A DNA stretch of 45,557 nt, from assembly GCA_011364925.1 (NCBI GenBank), contig RDOA01000024.1, forward strand, positions 1 through 45,557, in the 5' to 3' direction. The first letter of the stretch is position 1, and every line of letters begins with the position of its first letter. This document shows, one piece after another, positions 1-10,356 of this stretch. A program made the position numbers and the translations under genes. The notes beneath the pieces were generated by a model. The model had not been told where the DNA came from. It was given only the letters and a program-made list of their open reading frames with translations, and made no database searches. Origin of the DNA: Promethearchaeota archaeon (lineage in GTDB: Archaea; Asgardarchaeota; Lokiarchaeia; Sigyniarchaeales; SOKP01).

Positions 1-1
1 C

Positions 2-61
2 TTTCATGAGATTATTGAATTATCCTTAGAAGCCCTTGAAGATCTATTTGAAGATCTATAA
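2..61 (+). CDS. 3' end of an SCP2 sterol-carrier-domain paralog (truncated by the window edge)
   Basis: The frame from nt 2 reads FHEIIELSLEALEDLFEDL-TAA, closely matching the C-terminus of the next ORF (FQEIIELALEAYEDLAEDL). Not in the ORF track. Confidence 0.8.
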   Translation, partial: FHEIIELSLEALEDLFEDL

Positions 62-363
62 AAATAGAACATCTTTATTAACGGTAAAGAAAAATCTACC
101 TTTCTTTCTTAAATCTTCAATTTTTCGCTCTTTTTTTTTATTTATAACTTTTCTAAGAATTATAAAATGCTTCAAATTCGACAAATTTTGTTGAATTATT
201 GTGGTAATAGATTACAGTAATTTTAGAAATCGCTTTCTAACAAATGAAGGAAATATAACCTTTTTATATAGTAATAAGTTATACATAATAGTATTTATTT
301 AATCGATCAAAATCGTAAATTAAATACTTAATCATCGAAATATAAAAAAAAGGTTGAAAAATC

Positions 364-798
364 ATGGTTGATGAAGCATTATTAAAAGAAATGAAATCAA
401 AATTTGATGCCGGAGCTGCCGCCTCGGATGTAATGGATACATTAAAAGTATTCGAGATGTTCAGACAGATCGCCGAAGAGAACGAAGATTTGAAAGAAGA
501 GTTAGAAGATATGGATATTGCTATCCAAATGAATATCACCGATGCCGATAAAAAGTTTTGGCTTAAGGCACACGATGGTACAATGGAATTTGGCGAGGGT
601 GAGGTTGACAATCCATCGTTTACCTTCTCTGCTACAAAAGAAGTTGGCTCTGGTATGTTATTTGGCGAGGTTGACGCCACTAGCGCTTATATGGCTGGTG
701 ACATTACCGTAGAAGGCAATCTTCAAGACGCAATGGCCTTTCAGGAGATTATCGAGTTAGCCTTAGAGGCTTACGAAGATTTAGCCGAAGATTTATAG
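364..798 (+). CDS. SCP2 sterol-binding/lipid-transfer domain protein
   Basis: SCP2-type signature 'GEVDATSAYMAGDITVEGNLQDAMAF'; acidic, 144 aa. Confidence 0.88.
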   Translation: MVDEALLKEMKSKFDAGAAASDVMDTLKVFEMFRQIAEENEDLKEELEDMDIAIQMNITDADKKFWLKAHDGTMEFGEGEVDNPSFTFSATKEVGSGMLFGEVDATSAYMAGDITVEGNLQDAMAFQEIIELALEAYEDLAEDL

Positions 799-884
799 TA
801 AAGCTAAATTAAATCCGTGGAAAACCTTATACTAAATCTCTTTACTCTTTTTTTTATTTATTTTTTATAATAATTTCAAAAATA

Positions 885-2138
885 TTACTTATTCACTTCA
901 AGTTTAAAGATTTTATCGTTTTTTTTTACAGCGTCATCAACCAAGATACCAACGGTAATTCGGTCTTTTTTTGTTCTAACAAGGGGAGTTTCGGTTAGAT
1001 TTTTCTTTTGTTTAATTTGTATTGAAGTGATTTTTTGAGCCAAGTAAGTATCTGTGTGGGTTCCAATGATAAAAACTTCGTCGTTGAGTTGTAATTTTCC
1101 TTTTGATAGGAGTATTTTTGCAGCTTTTTTATCAGGGAAATAAGAGAGAACTTTCCCAATTTCAACTTTTTTATAGTCTGAGATATTTCCGTCGAGTTCT
1201 CGTTGAATTTCGCTTCCCTTCGGTAACCCAAAGTAAAAGCCTGTTGAAAAACCCCTATTGTACACTTTATTTAAACGATCAAGCCACATCCGAACTTTTT
1301 CTGGGGTAAAAGTGTTGTTATAGTAAGCATCTATGGCTTCTTTATAGCAAGCGGTTGTTTCTTCGATATAAATAGGATCTCTCATTCGACCCTCGATTTT
1401 AAAGGCATCGATCTTGGCTTCAATCAGTTTGGGGATGTGTTCAATCATGCATAGATCCTTCGAATTAATGAAAAACACCCCGTCGTAAAGAAAATCGTTG
1501 GATTGTTCATCGTAGACTCTCCAACTTCTGCGACAAGGTTGGACGCATCTACCTCGATTAGCGGAATATTCCTGGGACCCACAGATTTCCGCTGAGAAGT
1601 AGCAACGCCCTGATACAGACGTACATTGAGCTCCGTGTACAAAAGTCTCGATTTCAGCTTTTTGAATCTCGTTTTTAATTTCCTTAATTTGTTCCAAGGA
1701 TAACTCTCTTGCGAGAATTAATCGATCGGCGCCTAAATTTTCATAAAATTTGGCTGTCTGGGAATTTGAGATATTGGCCTGAGTCGATACGTGGAACGGC
1801 AGCCCTTTTTTCTTAACAACTTCTATTACGCCGATATCATGGATAATAACGGCGTCGATTTCTGCTTCTACTGCTTTATCAAGCACAGTATTGAGAAGAT
1901 CAAATTCATTTTCGTATACAATGATATTCGTTGTAAGATACGCTAGGATATTGTTATCGTGGCAATTTCTTACGATCTTGCTAAGTTCGTCTAATTTGAA
2001 GTTATCACTAAACATTCTCATGTTGAAAGCTTCCACGCCAAAATATACCGCGTCTGCTTTATCTTTTATCGCGTTGAAAGACTTTAAGTTTTTCAAAGGA
2101 GTCATTAGTTCGACTTTTTTTTCATAATTGATTGGCAT
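885..2138 (-). CDS. Peptidase U32 family Fe-S protein (TrhP/RlhA-like RNA hydroxylase)
   Basis: ADAVYFG, HVSTQAN, RLILARELS, ETFVHGAQCTSVSGRC, NRGRCVQPCR (4 Cys), KDLC and FKIEGRMR motifs. Confidence 0.92.
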   Translation of the reverse strand: MPINYEKKVELMTPLKNLKSFNAIKDKADAVYFGVEAFNMRMFSDNFKLDELSKIVRNCHDNNILAYLTTNIIVYENEFDLLNTVLDKAVEAEIDAVIIHDIGVIEVVKKKGLPFHVSTQANISNSQTAKFYENLGADRLILARELSLEQIKEIKNEIQKAEIETFVHGAQCTSVSGRCYFSAEICGSQEYSANRGRCVQPCRRSWRVYDEQSNDFLYDGVFFINSKDLCMIEHIPKLIEAKIDAFKIEGRMRDPIYIEETTACYKEAIDAYYNNTFTPEKVRMWLDRLNKVYNRGFSTGFYFGLPKGSEIQRELDGNISDYKKVEIGKVLSYFPDKKAAKILLSKGKLQLNDEVFIIGTHTDTYLAQKITSIQIKQKKNLTETPLVRTKKDRITVGILVDDAVKKNDKIFKLEVNK

Positions 2139-2303
2139 ATTTCACTCGACTTTTTAATGAATATACTTAGGAAATAAAAGTTGAAAAATTACCTTCTTGA
2201 ATTAGATTAATGTCAAAAAGAATAAAAAAAAATTGTTTCATAAATATTAAGTTACAATTTCGAAAAGCATAAAATAAATAACTTTTATTAAAAAATAGGT
2301 GGT

Positions 2304-2933
2304 TTGATAATCGATACTGAACTGAAGCGTTTATACGACGCAACAGACAACCTTATTAAACAGCAGTTTTATAAGAGCGGGAGTGACACGATTATAGGCA
2401 GAACGCCTGAAATTTCAGTAAAAATAAAAAATTCGGGTCAAATCGTCAAAAAATTCCAAGATCTGTGTAATCAGAACCTTCAGTATTTCTTAGAGGGTGA
2501 TTATATGAAATTTTTTGAACCTTTTAAAAAAATTAAAGGAGTAGACACTAATCATTTAAGTGAAATTTATCAGGACATTCAAATCAAATTGGCGGCGATA
2601 CACGGAACTGATTTTGACAGAGTTCTTATGTATACCATAGTAATTAGTTCTTTAACTACAAGTATCCGCGAAATTCAATTTAACAACTCAATGAAAGAAA
2701 TAATCGCAAGAACAAAAAATCAATCGAACGCTTTAACCGAGAAACAAATCAAGAAGGGGTTAGAAACATTGTTCATGAGAAACGATAAGAATGTGTCAAT
2801 TTTATACAACCTCTCTTATCTTACCGCATTAGCGGAATCTTTTAATTTCATGAAAACTGCTCGAACCTGTAAGATTCAAAAAAGTAAATATATTAACCTG
2901 ATTGTGAACTCAATCCTTTTTTCTCTTGATTAA
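2304..2933 (+). CDS. Hypothetical protein (209 aa, helical)
   Basis: Long ORF with an AGGTGG RBS before the TTG start; no recognisable motif. Confidence 0.7.
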   Translation: MIIDTELKRLYDATDNLIKQQFYKSGSDTIIGRTPEISVKIKNSGQIVKKFQDLCNQNLQYFLEGDYMKFFEPFKKIKGVDTNHLSEIYQDIQIKLAAIHGTDFDRVLMYTIVISSLTTSIREIQFNNSMKEIIARTKNQSNALTEKQIKKGLETLFMRNDKNVSILYNLSYLTALAESFNFMKTARTCKIQKSKYINLIVNSILFSLD

Positions 2934-2981
2934 TTCTTCTTATAAAGGTGTTAACAAATTCTTATAACAGAATTTCATCAA

Positions 2982-3812
2982 TTGTACAAGAACGAAGGAT
3001 TAAGTCAGAAAGTTGTTAAAACGTTCCAGAACATAATTTATTCGTATTTTAAACAATACGGTAGAGAATTTCCCTTTCGAAAGGAGATAAGTCCCTACAA
3101 TGTCGTTATATCTGAGATGATGCTTCAGCAGACTCAGACTAATAGGGTAGCAGAGAAGTTCCAGCAATTCATTCGAGCGTTTCCCGATTTTCAAGCGCTA
3201 GCGAATGCACCCTTTAACGATGTTTTAAAAGCTTGGCAAGGTTTGGGATATAACCGTAGAGCAGTAGCGTTAAAAGCTATAGCTGAAAAAGTTATTAGCG
3301 AATTTGATGGAGTGTTACCTGCTGATGTTGAGGTCTTAAAAACATTTCCTCAAATTGGACACAATACTGCGTCATCAATCGTCGCTTTTGCTTTTAATAT
3401 TCCCACCTTTTTTGTGGAAGTGAATATCAGACGCGTTTACATCTATTTCTTTTTTCCTGGCAAATCCTCGGTTCGAGATAACCTTATTATACCGATCGTA
3501 AGAAAAACTTTAGATCGTTCCAATGTACGGAAATGGTATTATGCTCTTATGGATTATGGAGTAATGTTGAAAAAAACTCACCCTGAATTGACAAAAAAGA
3601 GTGCTCATTATAGAAAACAATCGAAGTTTAAGGGATCGACTCGAGAGATCAGAGGGAACATTTTGAAACTTCTTCTTGAAAATAAAAGTTTAATGGAGTC
3701 TGAGTTAATAAAGAAATTAAAAATCAACCCAGAACTATTATCAGAAATCTTAAGCTTATTAATCAAAGAAGGTTTTATTAAGCAAGAAGATAATCAATAT
3801 TCAATTGCTTAG
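2982..3812 (+). CDS. mutY: A/G-specific adenine glycosylase (MutY-like HhH-GPD), without the Fe-S cluster, with C-terminal winged helix
   Basis: PYNVVISEMMLQQTQ, WQGLGYNRRA, HhH 'FPQIGHNTA', ALMDYG; no Cys-X6-Cys-X2-Cys-X5-Cys motif. Confidence 0.85.
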   Translation: MYKNEGLSQKVVKTFQNIIYSYFKQYGREFPFRKEISPYNVVISEMMLQQTQTNRVAEKFQQFIRAFPDFQALANAPFNDVLKAWQGLGYNRRAVALKAIAEKVISEFDGVLPADVEVLKTFPQIGHNTASSIVAFAFNIPTFFVEVNIRRVYIYFFFPGKSSVRDNLIIPIVRKTLDRSNVRKWYYALMDYGVMLKKTHPELTKKSAHYRKQSKFKGSTREIRGNILKLLLENKSLMESELIKKLKINPELLSEILSLLIKEGFIKQEDNQYSIA

Positions 3813-5087
3813 TTTTCCAGTTTTAAAATAATTGGAAATTTTCTTAGCAAATTTTTCTTGTTTTCTCCAATTTCCGTAAATTAATCCTCTTGAGTTTAAT
3901 TCTAGTATTCGTGTTCTAATTTTTTCGTCTATGGTTGTTACTTCTTCATGTGCAAAAACTGTAAGAGGCAAGGGTATGAAAGTGTGTGCATGGATTTTTG
4001 CTCCCATTTCTGATAATTCTTCCATACAATTGAAAGTTTGATTTATATCTTCTTCTGTTTCATTTGGTAAGTTGAAAATGAAGTCAACAATTACAAGAAG
4101 TCCATGGTTTATTGTTAACGATACAGCTTTATAAACATCTTCAACTGTATGCCCTCTATTACACGAATCAAGTATCCGTTGACTACCTGATTGAGCTCCA
4201 ATTACAATGTTGTCGTTAGCAGCGTAGTCTAGTACTAATCTTAAAGCTTCTTTAGTTACATGTTCAGGTCTAACTTCAGAAGGAAACGTACCAAAAAAAA
4301 TTCTACCATTAGGTTCAATTATTTGTTTAACGTTAATTAAAAGCTTTTCTAACATTGGAATGTTAAGCGTTTTCCCGTCGTATGAACCGTAAGAAAAAGC
4401 GCTGGGAGAAATAAATCTAATATCTGTTTTATCATATGATTTCATAATCCTAACAGCATCGCAAATAGAATCGATACTTCTATGTCTTGGAGTAGTCCCT
4501 AAAATGTATGGTGTTTGGCAAAAATAGCATACATAGGGACAACCTCGAGTGATTTCAATCGCACCATATTTAACATGTTTACTAGGTAAGGGAGGATATT
4601 TATCTAAATCTATCCAATTCCTCCGTTTAGTTGAGATCAAGTTATTACTTTGATCTAAGTACGAGATTCCCTTTATATCGCTGAAACCTTTATTATCTAT
4701 TACATTTTTAAGTATCTCTATTAGAGTTTCTTCGCCCTCTCCTCTAACTACTAAATTAAAGCCCAAGTTAAGCGTACCTTCGGGATCTCCAGTAGGATGC
4801 GGTCCACCCGCAATCATGAGTATGTCGTTTTTATATTTCTTTCGTAGGGATTTGACTAACTTTCTTATTTCCCATAACTGAGTAGTGAAAAATGAGACTC
4901 CCACAATAATTGTTCCGTGTGATTCTCTAATTTGTTCTAAATTGTTGTGAAGATTTTCCTGTCCACGAGCAAAGTAAAGATCGATATCATCCAATTGATG
5001 TTCTGTTTCTATCGCAGCTGTTAAAGCATTGAAACTGTAGATATTTGGTTTTTGATAATAAATAACAAATGCAATTTTTCTCTGCAT
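3801..5087 (-). CDS. B12-binding domain radical SAM protein (TIGR04013-like)
   Basis: AGGPHPT, VVRGEGE, EITRGCPYVCYFCQ (CxxxCxxC), FPSEVRPE, GAQSGS. Overlaps the convergent mutY by 12 nt. Confidence 0.9.
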   Translation of the reverse strand: MQRKIAFVIYYQKPNIYSFNALTAAIETEHQLDDIDLYFARGQENLHNNLEQIRESHGTIIVGVSFFTTQLWEIRKLVKSLRKKYKNDILMIAGGPHPTGDPEGTLNLGFNLVVRGEGEETLIEILKNVIDNKGFSDIKGISYLDQSNNLISTKRRNWIDLDKYPPLPSKHVKYGAIEITRGCPYVCYFCQTPYILGTTPRHRSIDSICDAVRIMKSYDKTDIRFISPSAFSYGSYDGKTLNIPMLEKLLINVKQIIEPNGRIFFGTFPSEVRPEHVTKEALRLVLDYAANDNIVIGAQSGSQRILDSCNRGHTVEDVYKAVSLTINHGLLVIVDFIFNLPNETEEDINQTFNCMEELSEMGAKIHAHTFIPLPLTVFAHEEVTTIDEKIRTRILELNSRGLIYGNWRKQEKFAKKISNYFKTGKLSN

Positions 5088-5214
5088 ATTTAGAATATAG
5101 AATCAATCTTAAATTAAGATTAAATACTTCTTGTTTTATTTAGATTATAGAATCTATTCTAAATTAAAATAGTAATTAAAAAATGAATTATCAATAACAA
5201 AATGTGAAGAATTT

Positions 5215-5664
5215 ATGCTTTTTGTGGATTTATTTGCAACAGATCCCTCTATGGTGGGCATCGCTTGGTTCGACTTTTATTCGATTGGGCACTTCTGCTT
5301 TGGAATCGGCATGTTTCTATTTTTCAGTTTGTTTTACACAATCCCTAAAAATAACGGTAAAACTCCCATATTTTCATTACTCTTTGTATTCATTTTAGTT
5401 GTATTAGTCTTAGTGCTATGGGAAGCCTTAGAAAATTTAGTTTTTATCAATCTCGGTTGGAAATTTGAGAATCGTCTTGATAGCTGGGAAAACATAACCA
5501 CAGATCTTTTAATTGGAGCACTTGGAGGGATCGTATCTTGGATTTTCTGTCATTTAGTATTTGTGCGAGAAAAGAATATTTGGGCTTATTACATTTTTGG
5601 GATTATAGGTTTTGTATTATGGCTTGTGGTATTCATTATTCTACGCGCACTTACGATAACTTAA
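5215..5664 (+). CDS. Integral membrane protein with H/E/D motifs (DUF2585/VanZ-like)
   Basis: About 4 hydrophobic helices; DFYSIGH, LWEALEN and DSWENITTD motifs. Confidence 0.65.
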   Translation: MLFVDLFATDPSMVGIAWFDFYSIGHFCFGIGMFLFFSLFYTIPKNNGKTPIFSLLFVFILVVLVLVLWEALENLVFINLGWKFENRLDSWENITTDLLIGALGGIVSWIFCHLVFVREKNIWAYYIFGIIGFVLWLVVFIILRALTIT

Positions 5665-5731
5665 TACATCTTAACTTATTTTTTTATATTTTATTTCTTT
5701 TTTACTCAATAGAGTACTACTTGCATTAAAA

Positions 5732-6499
5732 GTGATTAATATAAATCTTCAAGATTATATTGAATGTAGACGAGGAACAATCCCTTTAATTTTCTCAGTT
5801 CCCCACGGAGGTACAACTGATTTTGAAAATATTCCTGATAGGAAAAGCGGTGTTCTTGGAGTAGATAAAGATACAATCCAATTAACACGAGATTTAATCA
5901 AGAATGTTGATGAGCTTTTTCATTTTGCCAGAAAAGACGGAAAAATGCCTTCTTATCTAATTTCAAAAATAAAGAGAGTTAAGATTGATTTTAATAGAAA
6001 GGAATCGGAGGCTTTCTTTTCTAAATCAGACTTAGCTAGACAAGTATACCATTATTATCACAATCAAATTCAAGAACTAATTTCATACAATTTGGATAAG
6101 TTCAATCGATCCTTACTAATAGACATTCACGGTTTTGAAAAATCTAAGCGACCAATGGGATACCGAGATGTTGAAATAGTCTTAGGAACAAATAATCTGG
6201 AATCTTTGAATCCTAATAAATTACCTAAAAGAGAATGGGGAAATAATATCCGCGGAAAAATAATAAGGGCGTATAATAGATTAAATATTCCTATTGCTCC
6301 AGGGATTCATACCAGAAAAGAGTATGTCTTAACAGGAGGATACATAATAAAAAAGTACGGAGCAGGCCAGATTGAAAACAGTCAAGCAATTCAAATTGAA
6401 TTTTCTGATGCTATTCGTATCTATAATAAACAATTGAGGGAATTATCATTAAAAACCCTTGCTCAGCTACTTTTTGAAGAATATCTCCAAGAGAGTTAA
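5732..6499 (+). CDS. N-formylglutamate amidohydrolase-like Zn hydrolase
   Basis: SVPHGG, IDFNR, YHYYH, LIDIHG, GGYI and AIQIEF motifs. Confidence 0.8.
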   Translation: MININLQDYIECRRGTIPLIFSVPHGGTTDFENIPDRKSGVLGVDKDTIQLTRDLIKNVDELFHFARKDGKMPSYLISKIKRVKIDFNRKESEAFFSKSDLARQVYHYYHNQIQELISYNLDKFNRSLLIDIHGFEKSKRPMGYRDVEIVLGTNNLESLNPNKLPKREWGNNIRGKIIRAYNRLNIPIAPGIHTRKEYVLTGGYIIKKYGAGQIENSQAIQIEFSDAIRIYNKQLRELSLKTLAQLLFEEYLQES

Positions 6500-6621
6500 A
6501 GAAATCAATGTATCTCTAGAACTGCGTCTCGTAAGAATCGCATTTAAATATGAAGAATTATAAATAATAGAACTCTTTCTAGGATATATAAAAATTAAAC
6601 GTGACATTTTGACAAAATTTC

Positions 6622-6957
6622 ATGAGCGACGATAAGATTGAGATTAGTGATTTAGAATCATTTATCAGTGGCTTACAAACATCGCTAGATATGCTTGATG
6701 GCGCTGATCCAACTCAATCAAAGGGTTTTCAGGCTCAATTGGCAAAAATAATCTCCGCGTTAAGAATAAAAAAAACTGAACAATTTGAACCATTGCCTAA
6801 AATTTTGGGGAATGCGACTAAAGAAGATTTAAAAAATTATTTACTAAAAGAACTGGAACAATTAATGCATTATTTAGACGCCCAAGAGTATCCTAAGAGT
6901 AAGTTTGATTTAGTAAAAAAAATCGTTCATTTAAGAGCTGAAATAAATAGAATTTAA
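6622..6957 (+). CDS. Hypothetical protein (111 aa)
   Basis: ATG-started ORF with typical composition; co-directional with tatD. Confidence 0.65.
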   Translation: MSDDKIEISDLESFISGLQTSLDMLDGADPTQSKGFQAQLAKIISALRIKKTEQFEPLPKILGNATKEDLKNYLLKELEQLMHYLDAQEYPKSKFDLVKKIVHLRAEINRI

Positions 6958-6996
6958 TATCCTTTAAGTTCCTTTCCTCATTTTATTATTGTATAG

Positions 6997-7761
6997 GTGG
7001 TTATAATTTTAATCGATGTTCATTGTCATATCAATCTGTATCTTGCGCTCGATATAGTTATTAAAAATGCTTTGGATGTAGGTGTTGAAAAAATTATTGC
7101 TGTGGCAATGAGTTCTATGAGCCAAGAAAGAGTTTTAGAGATTGCTAGTAAAAATAGTAATGTTTTCGCTTCTTTAGGAATCCATCCAGAAGAGGTAAAA
7201 GCGAACGATAAGATAGAGCATCAATTAGATTCGGTAATAACATTCATCGAGAATAGTAAAGAGAGTATATGCGCTATTGGTGAAATTGGGTTAGACCATT
7301 ATTTCGTTAAAGATAAAGAGTTATATCCTCTTCAAAAAACTATTTTTGACAAAATGTTAACGCTTGCACAAGATTTGAAACTTCCTGTAAATCTTCACAC
7401 AAAAGGAGCTGAAAAATTAGTTTTTGATACATTGCTCTCCTATAAGATTCCCAATGTCAACATTCATTGGTATTCGGGACCAGAAGAGTTTTTAAAAATT
7501 GGTATCGATAGAGGGTATTATTTTTCAATAACTCCCGCAATTAGTTATTCACCAGCCGTTAAAAAAGTTGCCTTGGGTGTAGATATGGAACATATTCTTT
7601 TGGAAAGCGATGGTCCAGTTGAATATTCTGGAGAAATGGGTGTTCCAGCAATGATAAAGAATGTTTTACATTCTATATCAAAATTAAGAAATGTTAAAAC
7701 AGAAGAATTAGAAAAGCAAATTGAAGAAAACACGAGAAAGATTTTTTCGAAGATATTTTAA
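6997..7761 (+). CDS. tatD: TatD family hydrolase/nuclease
   Basis: IDVHCH, LGIHP, AIGEIGLD, VNLH, IHWYSG, LLESDGP. Confidence 0.93.
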   Translation: MVIILIDVHCHINLYLALDIVIKNALDVGVEKIIAVAMSSMSQERVLEIASKNSNVFASLGIHPEEVKANDKIEHQLDSVITFIENSKESICAIGEIGLDHYFVKDKELYPLQKTIFDKMLTLAQDLKLPVNLHTKGAEKLVFDTLLSYKIPNVNIHWYSGPEEFLKIGIDRGYYFSITPAISYSPAVKKVALGVDMEHILLESDGPVEYSGEMGVPAMIKNVLHSISKLRNVKTEELEKQIEENTRKIFSKIF

Positions 7762-7954
7762 TTCAGAATACCCAAAATTTAACTTTTAATCTCTGATTAC
7801 AAAAAACTATTGAATAAGTAAATCTTCAAAAATACTGAAATGTATAATCCTAGAATTTTATAAATTTAACCTTTTTAGATACTTCTAGTTGATTTGAATA
7901 AGGATTAATTTTAATAACGATTTTTTATTAACTTCCATAATATAAAAAAAAGAA

Positions 7955-10312
7955 GTGAAATGGTTGAGTAAAAAAGGAGCAAGATTAAAAATTGACGAAT
8001 ATAAAGGCCCTCTAGGTTCCATCAAAGGATTCGAATTAACTACGGGTAAAATAAGCTGGGGAGACGAAACAGAATGGGAACCAATGGGACCCCACCCAAA
8101 ACCTCACATTCCAACATTGCGAGACTGGTTTTTTAAACTTATGAAAAGATATCCTCCCTATTACATGCCTATCTGTGACATGTGCTGTCTTTGCACATAC
8201 GGAAAGTGTAATCTTTCGAAGGGTAGGACAGGTGCTTGCGGTATTAACATGGAGACTCAACAAGCTAGAATCGTAGAAATTGCATGTTGTATAGGTGCTT
8301 CTTGCCATTCTGCTCATGGAGATCATTTACTTCACTGGCTTAAAGAGAAATATGGAAATGTCCCGATAAATTTTGGCAACAATATTGCGGTTGAAATGCC
8401 TCATACTCGATTAGTTGTAGGTATGAAACCTGAAAATTTAGAAGATTTAGAAACAGCAATGGAATGGGTACATTACACCATTACCCATTTACTCGCTTCA
8501 GGGCACACGGGACAAGAATCATCTCATTTAGATTATGAAGCTAAGAGTTTCCTCGCAGGATTAGCAGATTCTGTAGGAATGGAGATATCAGATGCTGTTC
8601 AAATTGCTGCTTACGGGTTCCCTGCAGGAGAGCCTGATGTTCCGGTTGTAGAATTAGGTATGGGAACAATGGATGTTGAGAATAAGGCAACGATATTAAT
8701 GATTGGTCATAATGTCGCTCCGGGAGTAGAGTTAGTAGATTATGTTAGAGAGAAGGGAATTGAAGATAAAGTTGATATTGGAGCAATATGTTGTACTGCG
8801 CACGATTTAACTAGGTATTATGATGGTGCTAAAGTTATTGGATCAATGTCTAGACAAATGCACTTTATTCGGTCTGGTTTAGCAGATGTTGTCATGGTCG
8901 ATGAACAGTGTGTTAATCTACGAAGTTTTGAGCAAGCTCAATTAGTCGGTTCTCCATTTATTGCCACTAATGAAAAAAACATGGGAGGGTTACCTAATCG
9001 GACAGAGGATCCAGTAGAAGAAATAGTCGATGATTTAGTTAGTGGAAATGTACCAGGAGTGCTTATATTAGATCCAGTTAAAGCTGGTATGGTTGCCACT
9101 GAAACAGCGATCAAAGTCCATCCCTTAAGAAAATCTCGAAGCGCCATTCCTGATGAGGATGGCTGTATCCAGATGGCTTATAATTGTAATGGCTGTGGAA
9201 ATTGTCAACGCAATTGTCCAAATGATTTACCCCTTGTTGAAGGAGTCAGATTAGCAAAGGAAGGAGACTTCTCTGTCTTGGAGAATGTTTTTGATGATTG
9301 TTTAGATTGCGGGAGATGTGAAGCTGATTGCATGAAAAATGTGTCTCCATTAACTCTTATTATGTATGCGGGACGAGATAAAATTCGAAACGAAAAGTTT
9401 AATGTTCGAGTTGGAAGAGGTCCAATTCAAGATACTGAAATAAGAAATGTTGGAGCTCCCATTGTACTTGGAGAAATACCGGGAATTGTTGCAATCATAG
9501 GGTGTGCAAGCTATGGTCATGACATCCAAGAGTTATATAAACTCGCAGAAGAATTTTGCGTACGAAATTATATTGTTGTAGTCTCTGGATGTGGAGCAAT
9601 GGATATCGGTTTAGTAAAAGATGAAGATGGTAAGACACTTTATGATAGATTTCCGGGAGATTTTGATAGAGGTGGATTAGTTAATGTTGGTTCTTGCGTT
9701 TCAAACCCTCATATTACGGGAGCTGCCATAAAAGTGGCAAATATTTTCGCAAGACGTCCGTTAAGAGGAAACTTTGAGGAAATCGCTGATTACATATTAC
9801 ATAGAGTAGGAGCTGTGGGTGTAGCGTGGGGAGCAATGTCACAGAAAGCCGCAAGCATAGCCAGTATGGCAAATGGATTAGGTGTTCCTGCGGTCGTAGG
9901 ACCACATGCAGCAGAATATCGACGCGCTTATATAGGCCGATCTGATAACGAAGATGCTTGGAAAGTTTATAATGCAAGAGATGGAACAGCCAATCATCTA
10001 GTTGGACCAGGACCTGAACATTTACTTACTACTGCAGAATCGATAGAACAAGCGATTTGCTTAGTAGCTAAAATGTGCTTGAGGCCTGCAGATAACTCAA
10101 AAGGTAGAATGATAAAATTATCGCATTGGATTGACCTCGAACGTAAATATAAAGGCGTAGATTTCCCAAACGATTTAGAAAAATTCATTCGAGTAGACGC
10201 GGATATTCCTATTAACATGAAAGACGAAATTTTGGAATACTTAAAAGAGAAAGGTTGGGAACCAAAAGAGATTGTAGATCCAACTTTGCTTAAACGACTT
10301 TGTCACGCGTAA
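7955..10312 (+). CDS. cdhA: CO dehydrogenase/acetyl-CoA synthase complex alpha subunit (archaeal ACDS)
   Basis: CDMCCLCTYGKC, GHN, ICCTAHD, DEQC, two extra 4Fe-4S motifs (CNGCGNCQRNC, CLDCGRCEADC), GRGPIQDTEIRNVG, SGCG, GSCVSNPH. True start may be TTG at 7964. Confidence 0.96.
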   Translation: MKWLSKKGARLKIDEYKGPLGSIKGFELTTGKISWGDETEWEPMGPHPKPHIPTLRDWFFKLMKRYPPYYMPICDMCCLCTYGKCNLSKGRTGACGINMETQQARIVEIACCIGASCHSAHGDHLLHWLKEKYGNVPINFGNNIAVEMPHTRLVVGMKPENLEDLETAMEWVHYTITHLLASGHTGQESSHLDYEAKSFLAGLADSVGMEISDAVQIAAYGFPAGEPDVPVVELGMGTMDVENKATILMIGHNVAPGVELVDYVREKGIEDKVDIGAICCTAHDLTRYYDGAKVIGSMSRQMHFIRSGLADVVMVDEQCVNLRSFEQAQLVGSPFIATNEKNMGGLPNRTEDPVEEIVDDLVSGNVPGVLILDPVKAGMVATETAIKVHPLRKSRSAIPDEDGCIQMAYNCNGCGNCQRNCPNDLPLVEGVRLAKEGDFSVLENVFDDCLDCGRCEADCMKNVSPLTLIMYAGRDKIRNEKFNVRVGRGPIQDTEIRNVGAPIVLGEIPGIVAIIGCASYGHDIQELYKLAEEFCVRNYIVVVSGCGAMDIGLVKDEDGKTLYDRFPGDFDRGGLVNVGSCVSNPHITGAAIKVANIFARRPLRGNFEEIADYILHRVGAVGVAWGAMSQKAASIASMANGLGVPAVVGPHAAEYRRAYIGRSDNEDAWKVYNARDGTANHLVGPGPEHLLTTAESIEQAICLVAKMCLRPADNSKGRMIKLSHWIDLERKYKGVDFPNDLEKFIRVDADIPINMKDEILEYLKEKGWEPKEIVDPTLLKRLCHA

Positions 10313-10319
10313 AGAAAAT

Positions 10320-10356
10320 TCTTTTTTTTCCTTTTTATTTTACTTTTGAAATTGTT
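10320..10356. terminator. T-rich probable terminator between convergent cdhA and thyA
   Basis: Oligo-T tracts (cttttttttcctttttattttactttt) directly after the cdhA stop. Confidence 0.5.

Noticed and set aside
7955-10312. Methanogenesis marker
   Set aside because: cdhA alone indicates CODH or Wood-Ljungdahl metabolism; there are no mcr/mtr genes in the window.
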